NCBI GenBank assembly: GCA_964016885.1
Contig: OZ024757.1
Span: forward strand, 248,001 to 312,000
DNA length: 64,000 nt
Origin: Eledone cirrhosa
Taxonomy: Eukaryota
Direction of reading: 5' to 3'
A model generated the notes under the pieces. The model saw only the letters and a list, made by a program, of their open reading frames with translations. It was not told where the DNA came from and searched no databases. Of this stretch, positions 43,718-56,900 are shown in pieces (the first letter of the stretch is position 1; each line of letters starts with the position of its first letter). The position numbers and the translations under genes are program-made.

Positions 43718-44899
43718 CTATGGTTTCTCTCCTATATGGATGAGATTGTGTGTTGTTAAATGTCCTTTCAGAGAGAATGATTTACCACAGTGGTATGGTT
43801 TCTCTCCTGTATGAATACGTTTGTGATTTGTTAAGACATTATTTTGAGAGAATGATTTACCACAGATATCACAGTGATAGGACTTCTCTCCTGTATGGAT
43901 GAGATTGTGTGTTGCTAAGTGTACTTTCTGAGAGAATGATTTACCACAGATATCACAGTGGTATGGTGTCTCTCCTGTATGTATACGGTTGTGATTTGTT
44001 AAGACATTATTTTGAGAGAATGATTTACCACAGATATCACAGTGGTATGGCTTCTCTCCTGTATGAGTAAGATTGTGTGTTAATAAGTTTCCTTTCTGTG
44101 AAAATGACTTACCACAGATATTACAATGGTATGGCTTCTCTCCTGTATGAGTAAGATTGTGTGTTAATAAGTTTCCTTTATGTGAAAATGACTTACCACA
44201 GATATTACAGTGATATGGTTTCTCTCCTGTATGAATACGTTTGTGATTTGTTAAGACATTTTGAGAGAATGATTTACCACAGATATCACAGTGATAGGGC
44301 TTCTCTCCTGTATGGAGGAGATTGTGTGTTGTTAAGTGTCTTTTCAGAGAGAATGCTTTACCACAGATATCACAGTGGTATGGTTTCTCTCCTGTATGAG
44401 TAAGATTGTGTGTTAATAAGCTTCCTTTCTGTGAAAATGACTTACCACAGATATTACAATGGTATGGCTTCTCTCCTGTATGAGTAAGATTGTGTGTTAA
44501 TAAGTTTCCTTTCTGTGAAAATGATTTACCACAGATATTACAGTGATATGGCTTCTCTTCTGTATGAATAGATTTGTGATTTGTTAAGACATTATTTTGA
44601 GAGAATGATTTACCACAGATATCACAGTGGTATGGTTTCTCTCCTGTATGAGTAAGATTGTGTGTTAATAAGTTTCCTTTATGTGAAAATGACTTACCAC
44701 AGATATCGCAGTGGTATGGTTTCTCTCCTGTATGAATACGTTTGTGATTTGTTAAGACATTATTTCGAGAGAATGATTTACCACAGATATTACAATGGTA
44801 TGACTTCTCTCCTCTATTCTTTGTTATCTCATTAGGAATACTAATACCTTTAGGCAGTGTTTCACATTTAACCTTCTTCTCACCCAACTTATTTTCCAT
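43718..44899 (-). CDS. Tandem C2H2 (Kruppel-type) zinc-finger protein, 393 aa, 12 fingers plus one broken finger, no KRAB/SCAN/BTB domain seen
   Basis: Open ORF of repeated YHC(D/N)ICGKSFS-x-H-xxx-H units with TGEKP linkers. Finger 7 has a 1-aa deletion and finger 13 lacks 3 aa including one Cys. A short N-terminal leader precedes the fingers. Confidence 0.92.
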   Translation of the reverse strand: MENKLGEKKVKCETLPKGISIPNEITKNRGEKSYHCNICGKSFSRNNVLTNHKRIHTGEKPYHCDICGKSFSHKGNLLTHNLTHTGEKPYHCDICGKSFSQNNVLTNHKSIHTEEKPYHCNICGKSFSQKGNLLTHNLTHTGEKPYHCNICGKSFSQKGSLLTHNLTHTGEKPYHCDICGKAFSLKRHLTTHNLLHTGEKPYHCDICGKSFSQNVLTNHKRIHTGEKPYHCNICGKSFSHKGNLLTHNLTHTGEKPYHCNICGKSFSQKGNLLTHNLTHTGEKPYHCDICGKSFSQNNVLTNHNRIHTGETPYHCDICGKSFSQKVHLATHNLIHTGEKSYHCDICGKSFSQNNVLTNHKRIHTGEKPYHCGKSFSLKGHLTTHNLIHIGEKP

Positions 44900-45067
44900 A
44901 ATGTCTCGCCAATAAATTCACTTCTGATGAAATATTTTACAGTAAGTCAGTCATAGATTTATATAAACAGTGTTATATCAGTTCTGTATAAAACACTTTA
45001 GTCTTTGATGATAAATGTTGATGATGTATCCAAGGTTTAAAAATTTATCCCAATGTCATCTGGTATT

Positions 45068-45085
45068 CTGAAATAAGAAAGAAAC
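45068..45085 (-). promoter_or_regulatory. Splice acceptor upstream of the zinc-finger coding exon
   Basis: Minus strand reads GTTTCTTTCTTATTTCAG|AATACC, a polypyrimidine tract plus CAG, 168 nt upstream of the ATG at 44899. Confidence 0.7.
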
Positions 45086-45211
45086 AGTATGAGATAATAG
45101 AGAATACTTAAATACTAGAGATAGATTTATTAGAGAAAATTTTTGACTTTTATATCAATAATCACTAGATATAGACCTTTAATTGAAAAATCAACTTTAG
45201 TTTTAAATTTG

Positions 45212-46522
45212 TTATCAATATTACATCATACAACCTTGTATGATATCTATATATACAGACATATATACATATGTCAATGTTACACCATACAACCTTGTGT
45301 AATGTCTATATATACAGACATATATATATATATATATATATTACATTATATAACCTTGTGTAATGTCTATATATATAGACATAAATATATATATTTTACA
45401 TTATACAACCTTGTGTGATGTCTATATATACAGATATATATACATATGTCAATATTACATTATATAACCTTGTGTGATGTCTATATATATATACAGACAC
45501 ATATATATTGCATTATACAACCTTGTGTAATGTCTATATAAACAGACATATATATACATATGTCAATATTACATTATACAACCTTGTGTGATGTCTATAT
45601 ATATATACAGACATATATATATTGCATTATACAACCTTGTGTTATGTCTATATATACAGACATATATATACATATCTCAATATTACATTATACAACCTTG
45701 TGTAATGTATATATATATAGACATACATATACATATGTTACATTATACAACCTTGTGTAAAGTATATATATATAGACATATATATATATATGTTACATTA
45801 TACAACCTTGTGTAATGTCTATATATATAGACATATATATACACATGTTATATTATACAACCTTGTGTAATGTCTATATATATATAGACATATATATACA
45901 CATGTTATATTATACAACCTTGTGTAATGTCTATATATATATAGACATATATATACACATGTTATATTATACAACCTTGTGTAATGTCTATATATATATA
46001 GACATATATATACATATGTTACATTATACAACCTTGTGTAATGTCTATATATATATAGACATATATATACATATGTTACATTATACAACCTTGTGTAATG
46101 TCTATATATATAGACATATATATACACATGTTATATTATACAACCTTGTGTAATGTCTATATATATATAGACATATATATACATATGTTACATTGTACAA
46201 CCTTGTGTAATGTCTATATATATATATATAGACATATATATATGTTACATTATACAACCTTGTGTAATGTCTATATATATAGACATATATATACACATGT
46301 TACATTATACAACCTTGTGTAATGTCTATATATAGACATATATATACATATGTTACATTATACAACCTTGTGTAATGTCTATATATATATAGACATATAT
46401 ATACATATGTTACATTATACAACCTTGTGTAATGTCTATATATATATAGACATATATATACATATGTTACATTATACAACCTTGTGTAATGTCTATATAT
46501 AGACATATATACATTTGTCAAT
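45212..46522. repeat. AT-rich palindromic minisatellite, ~55-57 bp unit, a little over 20 copies
   Basis: Unit ACATTATACAACCTTGTGTAATGTC(TA)nGACATATATATACATATGTT, with variable (TA)n length. Confidence 0.97.
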
Positions 46523-46696
46523 GTCTGTCAGTCTGGTGCATTGCTCCAGCCACAAATCTCATCAGTAGTTCACAATAGGCTTTCAATAATATATATATAT
46601 ACATATATATATGGAACTAGCTGTTCCAATGGCAAGCTGTCAGCTCAGTTGTCATGCTCTACTATCTCAAGTATTGAGTACTCTGTAGAATAATGG

Positions 46697-46698
<2 letters not shown>

Positions 46699-46724
<26 letters not shown>
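46699..46724. repeat. (TA)n microsatellite
   Basis: Pure TA run. Confidence 0.95.
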
Positions 46725-46729
<5 letters not shown>

Positions 46730-47261
46730 AACCTGTCGAGAGTTATGAATCAGAATTTGTCGAATCTTACTGTTGCCGAATTGTTGTTTTGAGAAATGTA
46801 ATGTATTTCACTTCATTTCCTTGTCTCTCCATCTTTCTTGGTCTAATTTACCTATCAGTATTTATATTGTCCCTTTAACTTTTCATAATGATGGTCGAAT
46901 CTGTAGGTCCTTTATAAAAATAATCTTCTCGTTAACTCCCCCCACGCCACCATTACTATTTGGTCCAATCATAATTCAGTGGCTAATAATTATGTTTCTC
47001 TTACCAATCTCTTCCACAAAACCACTGCCTCGGCTATCACTCCTTAAGTTTAGACTTGGTTGCTTTTGATATGCTAGATGGACTATAGAATTTGGAGAGT
47101 TTGTAGAATCTGGACACTCAATGACAATGTCAAAGATAACGATAAATGTTGCCGGACGAGAATGCAAGGACTCCTCTCTATTTCAGACACGGATGGCTGA
47201 ACATAACCTCATCTCCCTCACCCCTCCCTGCACCACCAACCCGTCCCTTCCACCTCAACAA

Positions 47262-50200
47262 GGTTGTAGAGATGCTTCAACATGAGGAAGTTGATGTGTG
47301 TTGTGTCCAAGAGACCAGGTGGAGGGGTGGGTCTGCTAGATTCATTGTGGGTAAAAAACGATGCTATAAAGTACTCTCGCTGGGAAATGGGTAGATAAGG
47401 TAATTGCCGTAAATAGAGTGAACAACAGAATAATTAAAATAAGACTAGTCCTAAATAGAACTACCGTGATAATAATATCCGCTTATGCACCCCAATCTGG
47501 ACTACCTGGCATTATAAAAGATTCTATGAGTTGCTAATGCTCACTACCTTCGAAATAACCGACAGTGACTACATAATTATTGCTGGTGACCTAAATGGTC
47601 ATGTTGGACAACATTGTGACGGCTATGATGGAATCCATGGAGGCTATGGGTTTGGTACTAGAAATGAGGAAGGCTTCAGAATCCTGGAATTCTGTGATGC
47701 AAATAACCTAACTATGTGTAACACAAACTTCAAAAAACGAAACAATCACTTGATCACCTATAGAACAGGGTAACATGCCAGTCAGATAGATTATATGCTT
47801 ACCAGAAGACGTGACAGTGTCTATTGTAAACACTAAATCCCTCCCCCGTGAAGAATGCACCTCCCAACATAGCCTCATAGTTAGTGACCTCATAGTCAGG
47901 ACTAGACATACTCAACAACAGAAGAATACTTTGAGGAGAAGAATATGGAAATTGAAGGACCCCTCAGCCAGTAACAAATTTTAAAGCATATTACTTGATG
48001 CTTTTGACAGTAAGGAAGAGCAATTAGAGACATACAATATAGAGGAATAGGGGAATTCCTGAAAGTTAACCTGCTGAAGGCAAAATATGAAATCAGTGGC
48101 TGGAGCAGACCTATAGGCAGGAGGAGAGTAACTTGGTGATGGAACAGTAAGGTGGAGGTGTCAAACAAGGCCAAAAAACAGGCTTGGGAAGTATGGCAGG
48201 ATGGGGGAAGTAGAGAACACTATCAAGTGGCCAGGAGAGAAGCTAGGAGACACATGTACTTTGCAAGAAGGGAAGCAGAGGACAGAAAGTTCAAGCATGT
48301 TCTACAACGCGAGGACCAAAAACGTGAGGTGTTAAGGATTGCTAGGCAATGTGTCAAGGAAAACCGTGATATCGTCGGGGAGAAGTGTTACCGTAATGAT
48401 GATGGTGTACTTGCCATTACTGATGCTGATAAGAAGGTAGCTTGGAAGTGTCACTACGAGAGACTACTAAATGAGGAGAATAAATGGGAAAAAGATAGTC
48501 TGCTCTAAATTGATCCAATAGAGGGACCAGCAGTGCAAGTTAAAGGTAGTATAATAAGTAAGGCAATCAAAGATATGAAGATAGGCAAGGCAGCTGGGCC
48601 TTCAGGGATAGTTGCTGAAATGCTGAAAGCATCTGGAATGGTGGGACACACTATGGTGTAAAGTCATACAGAATGGGATCATACCAAATGACTGGTGTAG
48701 CAGCATCATCATTAACTGCTACAAGGGTAAAGGAGATGCCCTAGATAGGGGAAACTATAGAGGCATTAAATTAGTTGACCAGGTCATGAAGGTCACAGAA
48801 AGAGTTATAGCACAACTAATCAGAGAGCGAATTGATCTAGATGAAATGCAGTTTGGGTTTGTGTCAGGTAAAAGTACCACAGATGCTCTTTTCCTTGTAC
48901 AACAACTACAGAAGTACCTAGCTAAAAGTAAACCCCTATACTTAGCTTTTGTTGACTTGGAGAAAGCCTTTGACAGAGTCCCCCGCTCCATTATCTGGTC
49001 GGCTCTTAGAAAACTAGGTGTTGATGAATGACTTGTGAGAGCTATACAAGCCATGTATAAAGAAACAGTCAGCAAGGTTAGAATTAACAATGAATATAGT
49101 GAAGAATTTAGCGTAAAAGTTGGTGTTCATTAAGGCTCTGTCTTTAGCCCCCTCCTATTTATTATTGCCGTTCAGGCTATAACAGAGGAGTTCAAGACTG
49201 GCTGCTCATGGGGACTTCTATATGCAGATGATCTAACTCTCATAGCAGAATCGATGGGTGAACTAGAGAAGAAATTCCAAACATGGAAGCATGGCCTAGA
49301 ATCAAAAGGCCTTAAAGTTAACTTGTCTAATACTAAAGTTCTAGTATGTAGAAAGGAAAATAGGGCACAGGTTCCCTCTGGGAAATGGCCATGCTCAGTG
49401 TGTAGGAAAAGAGTAGGCAGAAATTCCATTTTATGTCCCAAATGCAAACTATGGGTACATAAAAGATGTAGTGCGATCACAGGAAAGCTATCTAAGAATG
49501 TAGATTTTATGTGGCTGATGCTCAGGTGCAATAAGTAGCAACTGCCCACAGTACACTAGCTCCTTCTATTGCCCAGATGGATCTATAGAAATAGTGGACA
49601 CCTTCCGATACCTGGGTGACAAAATCAGCAGTGGTGGAGGGTGCTCTGAAAGTACAGTAGCCAGAGTCAGAACGGGATGGAAAAAGTTCAGAGAGCTTAT
49701 ACCACTATTGGCCACTAAATGTTTCTCTCTAAAAATGAAAAGCAGATTGTATGATCCCTGCATACGAACAACAATGTTACATGGCAGTGAGACATGGGCA
49801 TTGTGTGCAGAGGACCTGCGCAGACTGGAGAGGAACGAAGCATGCATGCTCTGTTGGATGTGTAATAGTAATATACGTGAACGGCAAAGCATAAATGAAC
49901 TAAGTGAGAAATTAGGAATAAGAGGGATCAGATGCTGTTTACTCGAGAGAAGACTATGTTGGTACGGTCACATGATGCGCATGAAAAACGACAGCTGTAT
50001 AAAAAAGTGCAGGGAAATCAAAATAGACGGTAGCTATGGTGTAGGTAGACCCAGAAAAACCCGAGACGATTTGATAAATTCCAACCTTACACATTTACAC
50101 CTCTCTAAGACAATGTCACTGAACCGAGATCTTTGGCGCTACACAGTAATACAGAAGACCCGCATTGCCTATGTACAAAACAAAACCTACAGTCAGTAGG

Positions 50201-50580
50201 CACCTCTTAACCAAATATACACCCTCATCCCACTACCCCTACTCCCACCAACACCACCCTTTCTCTATAAAGTTATGTTGGTACCACAACATCCAGTCCA
50301 AATAAATGAGATAATGAGATCGAGATCATGTAAGTGTCACTACAAAAAAAAAAACACAGTCCACACTGTAATGTGGCTGTGTAGGTAACACGGCAGAAAC
50401 CTCGCAGTTCACACTGTAAACGTTGTTGGTGTTAGGAAGGGCATCCAGCTGTAGAAAACCTGCCAGATACAGTCCTATAGGAGCGAGACACATTGCCCTG
50501 ACCAATCTTCCTCAAGTGGGACAATTCCCGTCTAATCCCATGCTAGCGTGGAAGATAGCTGTTAAACAATGATGATGATT
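47262..50580 (+). mobile_element. Near-full-length inactive RTE-clade non-LTR retrotransposon (APE endonuclease, RT, PHD-like finger, 3' UTR with (ATG)n tail)
   Basis: APE motifs VDVCCVQETRW, ISAYAPQ, IAGDLNGHVG, GFGTRNEEG and SQIDY. RT motifs GKAAGPSGI, NYRGIKL, QFGF..GKSTTDA, AFVDLEKAFDRVP, GVH*GSVFSPLLF and LLYADD. C-terminal motifs FRYLG, HGSETW, WYGH and GRPRKT. Ends in aatgatgatgat at about 50568-50579. Several stops and frameshifts; the 5' boundary is approximate. Confidence 0.95.
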
Positions 50581-50917
50581 GAGATGATAGGTTTCTTATA
50601 AGCAGTTGATATACCGTAACCTCTTGAGAATAAGCTGGTCCTAGTGATCCAAAAGCACTTCACATCAGTAGTTTATCCCAGGTAGGTGTTGGTAATTAGG
50701 AGAGACGGAGTAATGATTTATCAAATAAGAGTAGTTAAGATGGGATTAATTCACCATAATTATTTATTGCATGATATATATTTCTGTGACATGGTTATTC
50801 ATGTGACATTATCAGATTCTTACACAATCATAGTTACAGTTATGTAATGATTGGGATATATAAGTGGCCATGTATAACTATCCTGTAGTAATGTCAGCTG
50901 GCATATGTATCATGAAT

Positions 50918-53900
50918 AGTAGTAGTAAAATAACAAGGAATGATATGAGAGGTTATTGACTACTGGTAGTGATATAATAAGGAATGATATGACAGGCTAT
51001 TGACTACTGGTAGTGATATAACAAGGAATGATATGACAGGTTATTGACTACTGGTAGTGATATAACAAGGAATGATATGACAGGTTATTGACTACTGGTA
51101 GTGATATAACAAGGAATGATATGACAGGTTATTGACTACTGGTAGTGATATAACAAGGAATGATATGACAGGTTATTGACTACTGGTAGTGATATAACAG
51201 GCTATTGACTACTGGTAGTGATATAACAAGGAATGATATGACAGGCTATTGACTACTGGTAGTGATATAACAAGGAATGATATGACAGGTTATTGACTAC
51301 TTGTAGTGATATAACAAGGAATGATATGACAGGCTATTGACTACTGGTAGTGATATAACAAGGAATGATATGACAGGCTATTGACTACTGGTAGTGATAT
51401 AACAAGGAATGATATGACAGGCTATTGACTACTGGTAGTGATATAACAAGGAATGATATGACAAGCTATTGACTAGTAGTAGTGATATAACAAGGAATGA
51501 TATGACAGGCTATTGACTACTGGTAGTGATATAACAAGGAATGATATGACAGGCTATTGACTACTGGTAGTGATATAACAAGGAATGATATGACAGGCTA
51601 TTGACTACTGGTAGTGATATAACAAGGAATGATATGACAGGCTATTGACTACTGGTAGTGATATAACAAGGAATGATATGACAGGCTATTGACTACTGGT
51701 AGTGATATAACAAGGAATGATATGATAGGCTATTGACTACTGGTAGTGATATAACAAGGAATGATATGACAGGCTATTGACTACTGGTAGTGATATAACA
51801 AGGAATGATATGACAGGCTATTGACTACTGGTAGTGATATAACAAGGAATGATATGACAAGCTATTGACTAGTAGTAGTGATATAACAAGGAATGATATG
51901 ACAGGCTATTGACTACTGGTAGTGATATAACAAGGAATGATATGACAGGCTATTGACTACTGGTAGTGATATAACAAGGAATGATATGACAGGCTATTGA
52001 CTACTGGTAGTGATATAACAAGGAATGCTATGACAGGTTATTGACTACTGGTAGTGATATAACAAGGAATGATATGACAGGTTATTGACTACTGGTAGTG
52101 AAATAACTAGGAATGATATGAGAGGTTATTGACTACTGGTAGTGATATAACAAGGAATGATATGAGAGGTTATTGACTACTGGTAGTGATATAACAAGGA
52201 ATGATATGAGAGGTTATTGACTACTGGTAGTGATATAACAAGGAATGATATGACAGGTTATTGACTAGTAGTAGTGATATAACAAGGAATGATATGACAG
52301 GCTATTGACTACTGGTAGTGATATAACAAGGAATGATATGACAAGCTATTGACTAGTAGTAGTGATATAACAAGGAATGATATGACAGGCTATTGACTAC
52401 TGGTAGTGATATAACAAGGAATGATATGACAGGCTATTGACTACTGGTAGTGATATAACAAGGAATGATATGACAGGCTATTGACTACTGGTAGTGATAT
52501 AACAAGGAATGCTATGACAGGTTATTGACTACTGGTAGTGATATAACAAGGAATGATATGACAGGTTATTGACTACTGGTAGTGAAATAACTAGGAATGA
52601 TATGAGAGGTTATTGACTACTGGTAGTGATATAACAAGGAATGATATGAGAGGTTATTGACTACTGGTAGTGATATAACAAGGAATGATATGAGAGGTTA
52701 TTGACTACTGGTAGTGATATAACAAGGAATGATATGACAGGCTATTGACTAGTAGTAGTGATATAACAAGGAATGATATGACAGGCTATTGACTACTGGT
52801 AGTGATATAACAAGGAATGATATGACAGGTTATTGACTACTGGTAGTGAAATAACTAGGAATGATATGACAGCTTATTGACTACTGGTAGTGATATAACA
52901 AGGAATGATACGACAGGTTATTGACTACTGGTAGTGATATAACAAGGAATGATATGACAGGCTATTGACTACTGGTAGTAGTGATATAACAAGGAATGAT
53001 ATGACAGGTTATTAACTACTGGTAGTGATATAACAAGGAATGATATAAGAGGTTATTGACTACTGGTAGTGATATAACAAGGAATGATATGACAGGCTAT
53101 TGACTAGTAGTAGTGATATAACAAGGAATGATATGACAGGTTATTGACTACTGGTAGTGATATAACAAGGAATGATATGAGAGGTTATTGACTACTGGTA
53201 GTGATATAACAAGGAATGATATGACAGGTTATTGACTACTGGTAGTGATATAACAAGGAATGATATGAGAGGTTATTGACTACTGGTAGTGATATAACAA
53301 GGAATGATATGACAGGTTATTGACTACTGGTAGTGATATAACAAGGAATGATATGAGAGGTTATTGACTACTGGTAGTGATATAACAAGGAATGATATGA
53401 CAGGCTATTGACTACTGGTAGTGATATAACAAGGAATGATATGACAGGCTATTGACTACTGGTAGTGATATAACAAGGAATGATATGACAAGCTATTGAC
53501 TAGTAGTAGTGATATAACAAGGAATGATATGACAGGCTATTGACTACTGGTAGTGATATAACAAGGAATGATATGACAGGCTATTGACTACTGGTAGTGA
53601 TATAATAAGGAATGATATGACAGGCTATTGACTACTGGTAGTGATATAACAAGGAATGCTATGACAGGTTATTGACTACTGGTAGTGATATAACAAGGAA
53701 TGATATGACAGGTTATTGACTACTGGGAGTGATATAACAAGGAATGATATGACAGGTTATTGACTACTGGTAGTGATATAACAAGGAATGATATGACATG
53801 CTATTGACTACTGGTAGTGATATAACAAGGAATGATATGACAGGTTATTGACTACTGGTAGTGAAATAACTAGGAATGATATGACAGCTTATTGACTACT

Positions 53901-56900
53901 GGTAATGATATAACAAGGAATGATACGACAGGTTATTGACTACTGGTAGTGATATAACAAGGAATGATATGACAGGTTATTGACTACTGGTAGTGATATA
54001 ACAAGGAATGATATGACAGGTTATTGACTACTGGTAGTGATATAACAAGGAATGATATGACAGGTTATTGACTACTGGTAGTGATATAACAAGGAATGAT
54101 ATGACAGGTTATTGACTACTGGTAGTGATATAACAAGGAATGATATGAGAGGTTATTGACTACTGGTAGTGATATAACAAGGAATGATATGAGAGGTTAT
54201 TGACTACTGGTAGTGATATAACAAGGAATGATATGACAGGCTATTGACTACTGGTAGTGATATAACAAGGAATGATATGACAGGTTATTGACTACTGGTA
54301 GTGAAATAACTAGGAATGATATGACAGCTTATTGACTACTGGTAGTGATATAACAAGGAATGATACGACAGGTTATTGACTACTGGTAGTGATATAACAA
54401 GGAATGATATGACAGGCTATTGACTACTGGTAGTAGTGATATAACAAGGAATGATATGACAGGTTATTAACTACTGGTAGTGATATAACAAGGAATGATA
54501 TGAGAGGTTATTGACTACTGGTAGTGATATAACAAGGAATGATATGACAGGCTATTGACTAGTAGTAGTGATATAACAAGGAATGATATGACAGGTTATT
54601 GACTACTGGTAGTGATATAACAAGGAATGATATGAGAGGTTATTGACTACTGGTAGTGATATAACAAGGAATGATATGACAGGTTATTGACTACTGGTAG
54701 TGATATAACAAGGAATGATATGACAGGTTATTGACTACTGGTAGTGATATAACAAGGAATGATATGAGAGGTTATTGACTACTGGTAGTGATATAACAAG
54801 GAATGATATGACAGGTTATTGAGTACTGGTAGTGATATAACAAGGAATGATATGAGAGGTTATTGACTACTGGTAGCGATATAACAAGGAATGATATGAC
54901 AGGCTATTGACTAGTAGTAGTGATATAACAAGGAATGATATGAGAGGTTATTGACTACTGGTAGTAGTGATATAACAAGGAATGATATGACAGGTTATTG
55001 ACTACTGGTAGTGATATAACAAGGAATGATATGACAGGCTATTGACTACTGGTAGTGATATAACAAGGAATGATATGACAGGCTATTGACTACTGGTAGT
55101 GATATAACAAGGAATGATATGACAGGTTATTGACTACTTGTAGTGATATAACAAGGAATGATATGACAGGCTATTGACTACTGGTAGTGATATAACAAGG
55201 AATGATATGACAGGCTATTGACTACTGGTAGTGATATAACAAGGAATGATATGACAGGCTATTGACTACTGGTAGTGATATAACAAGGAATGATATGACA
55301 GGCTATTGACTACTGGTAGTGATATAACAAGGAATGCTATGACAGGTTATTGACTACTGGTAGTGATATAACAAGGAATGATATGACAGGTTATTGACTA
55401 CTGGTAGTGAAATAACTAGGAATGATATGAGAGGTTATTGACTACTGGTAGTGATATAACAAGGAATGATATGAGAGGTTATTGACTACTGGTAGTGATA
55501 TAACAAGGAATGATATGACAGGTTATTGACTACTTGTAGTGATATAACAAGGAATGATATGACAGGCTATTGACTACTGGTAGTGATATAACAAGGAATG
55601 ATATGACAGGCTATTGACTACTGGTAGTGATATAACAAGGAATGATATGACAGGTTATTGACTACTGGTAGTGATATAACAAGGAATGATATGACAGGTT
55701 ATTGACTACTGGTAGTGAAATAACTAGGAATGATATGAGAGGTTATTGACTACTGGTAGTGATATAACAAGGAATGATATGAGAGGTTATTGACTACTGG
55801 TAGTGATATAACAAGGAATGATATGAGAGGTTATTGACTACTGGTAGTGATATAACAAGGAATGATATGACAGGTTATTGACTAGTAGTAGTGATATAAC
55901 AAGGAATGATATGACAGGCTATTGACTACTGGTAGTGATATAACAAGGAATGATATGACAAGCTATTGACTAGTAGTAGTGATATAACAAGGAATGATAT
56001 GACAGGCTATTGACTACTGGTAGTGATATAACAAGGAATGATATGACAGGCTATTGACTACTGGTAGTGATATAACAAGGAATGATATGACAGGCTATTG
56101 ACTACTGGTAGTGATATAACAAGGAATGCTATGACAGGTTATTGACTACTGGTAGTGATATAACAAGGAATGATATGACAGGTTATTGACTACTGGTAGT
56201 GAAATAACTAGGAATGATATGAGAGGTTATTGACTACTGGTAGTGATATAACAAGGAATGATATGACAGGTTATTGACTACTGGTAGTGATATAACAAGG
56301 AATGATATGAGAGGTTATTGACTACTGGTAGTGATATAACAAGGAATGATATGACAGGCTATTGACTAGTAGTAGTGATATAACAAGGAATGATATGACA
56401 GGCTATTGACTACTGGTAGTGATATAACAAGGAATGATATGACAGGTTATTGACTACTGGTAGTGAAATAACTAGGAATGATATGACAGCTTATTGACTA
56501 CTGGTAGTGATATAACAAGGAATGATACGACAGGTTATTGACTACTGGTAGTGATATAACAAGGAATGATATGACAGGCTATTGACTACTGGTAGTAGTG
56601 ATATAACAAGGAATGATATGACAGGTTATTAACTACTGGTAGTGATATAACAAGGAATGATATAAGAGGTTATTGACTACTGGTAGTGATATAACAAGGA
56701 ATGATATGACAGGCTATTGACTAGTAGTAGTGATATAACAAGGAATGATATGACAGGTTATTGACTACTGGTAGTGATATAACAAGGAATGATATGAGAG
56801 GTTATTGACTACTGGTAGTGATATAACAAGGAATGATATGACAGGTTATTGACTACTGGTAGTGATATAACAAGGAATGATATGAGAGGTTATTGACTAC

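Noticed and set aside
44161-44403. 80-aa plus-strand ORF
   Set aside because: Antisense shadow of the zinc-finger repeats.
45143-46521. Multiple Y/I-rich ORFs on both strands
   Set aside because: Translations of the TA-rich palindromic minisatellite.
46540-46590. Hammerhead ribozyme core (CTGATGAG on the minus strand)
   Set aside because: No correctly placed stem II-GAAA or stems I/III could be built by eye.
46773-47260. ORFs upstream of the RTE
   Set aside because: No recognisable domain. This may be RTE 5' sequence or another decayed repeat and cannot be assigned.
47708-49892. Minus-strand ORFs over the RTE
   Set aside because: Antisense shadows of the APE/RT frame.
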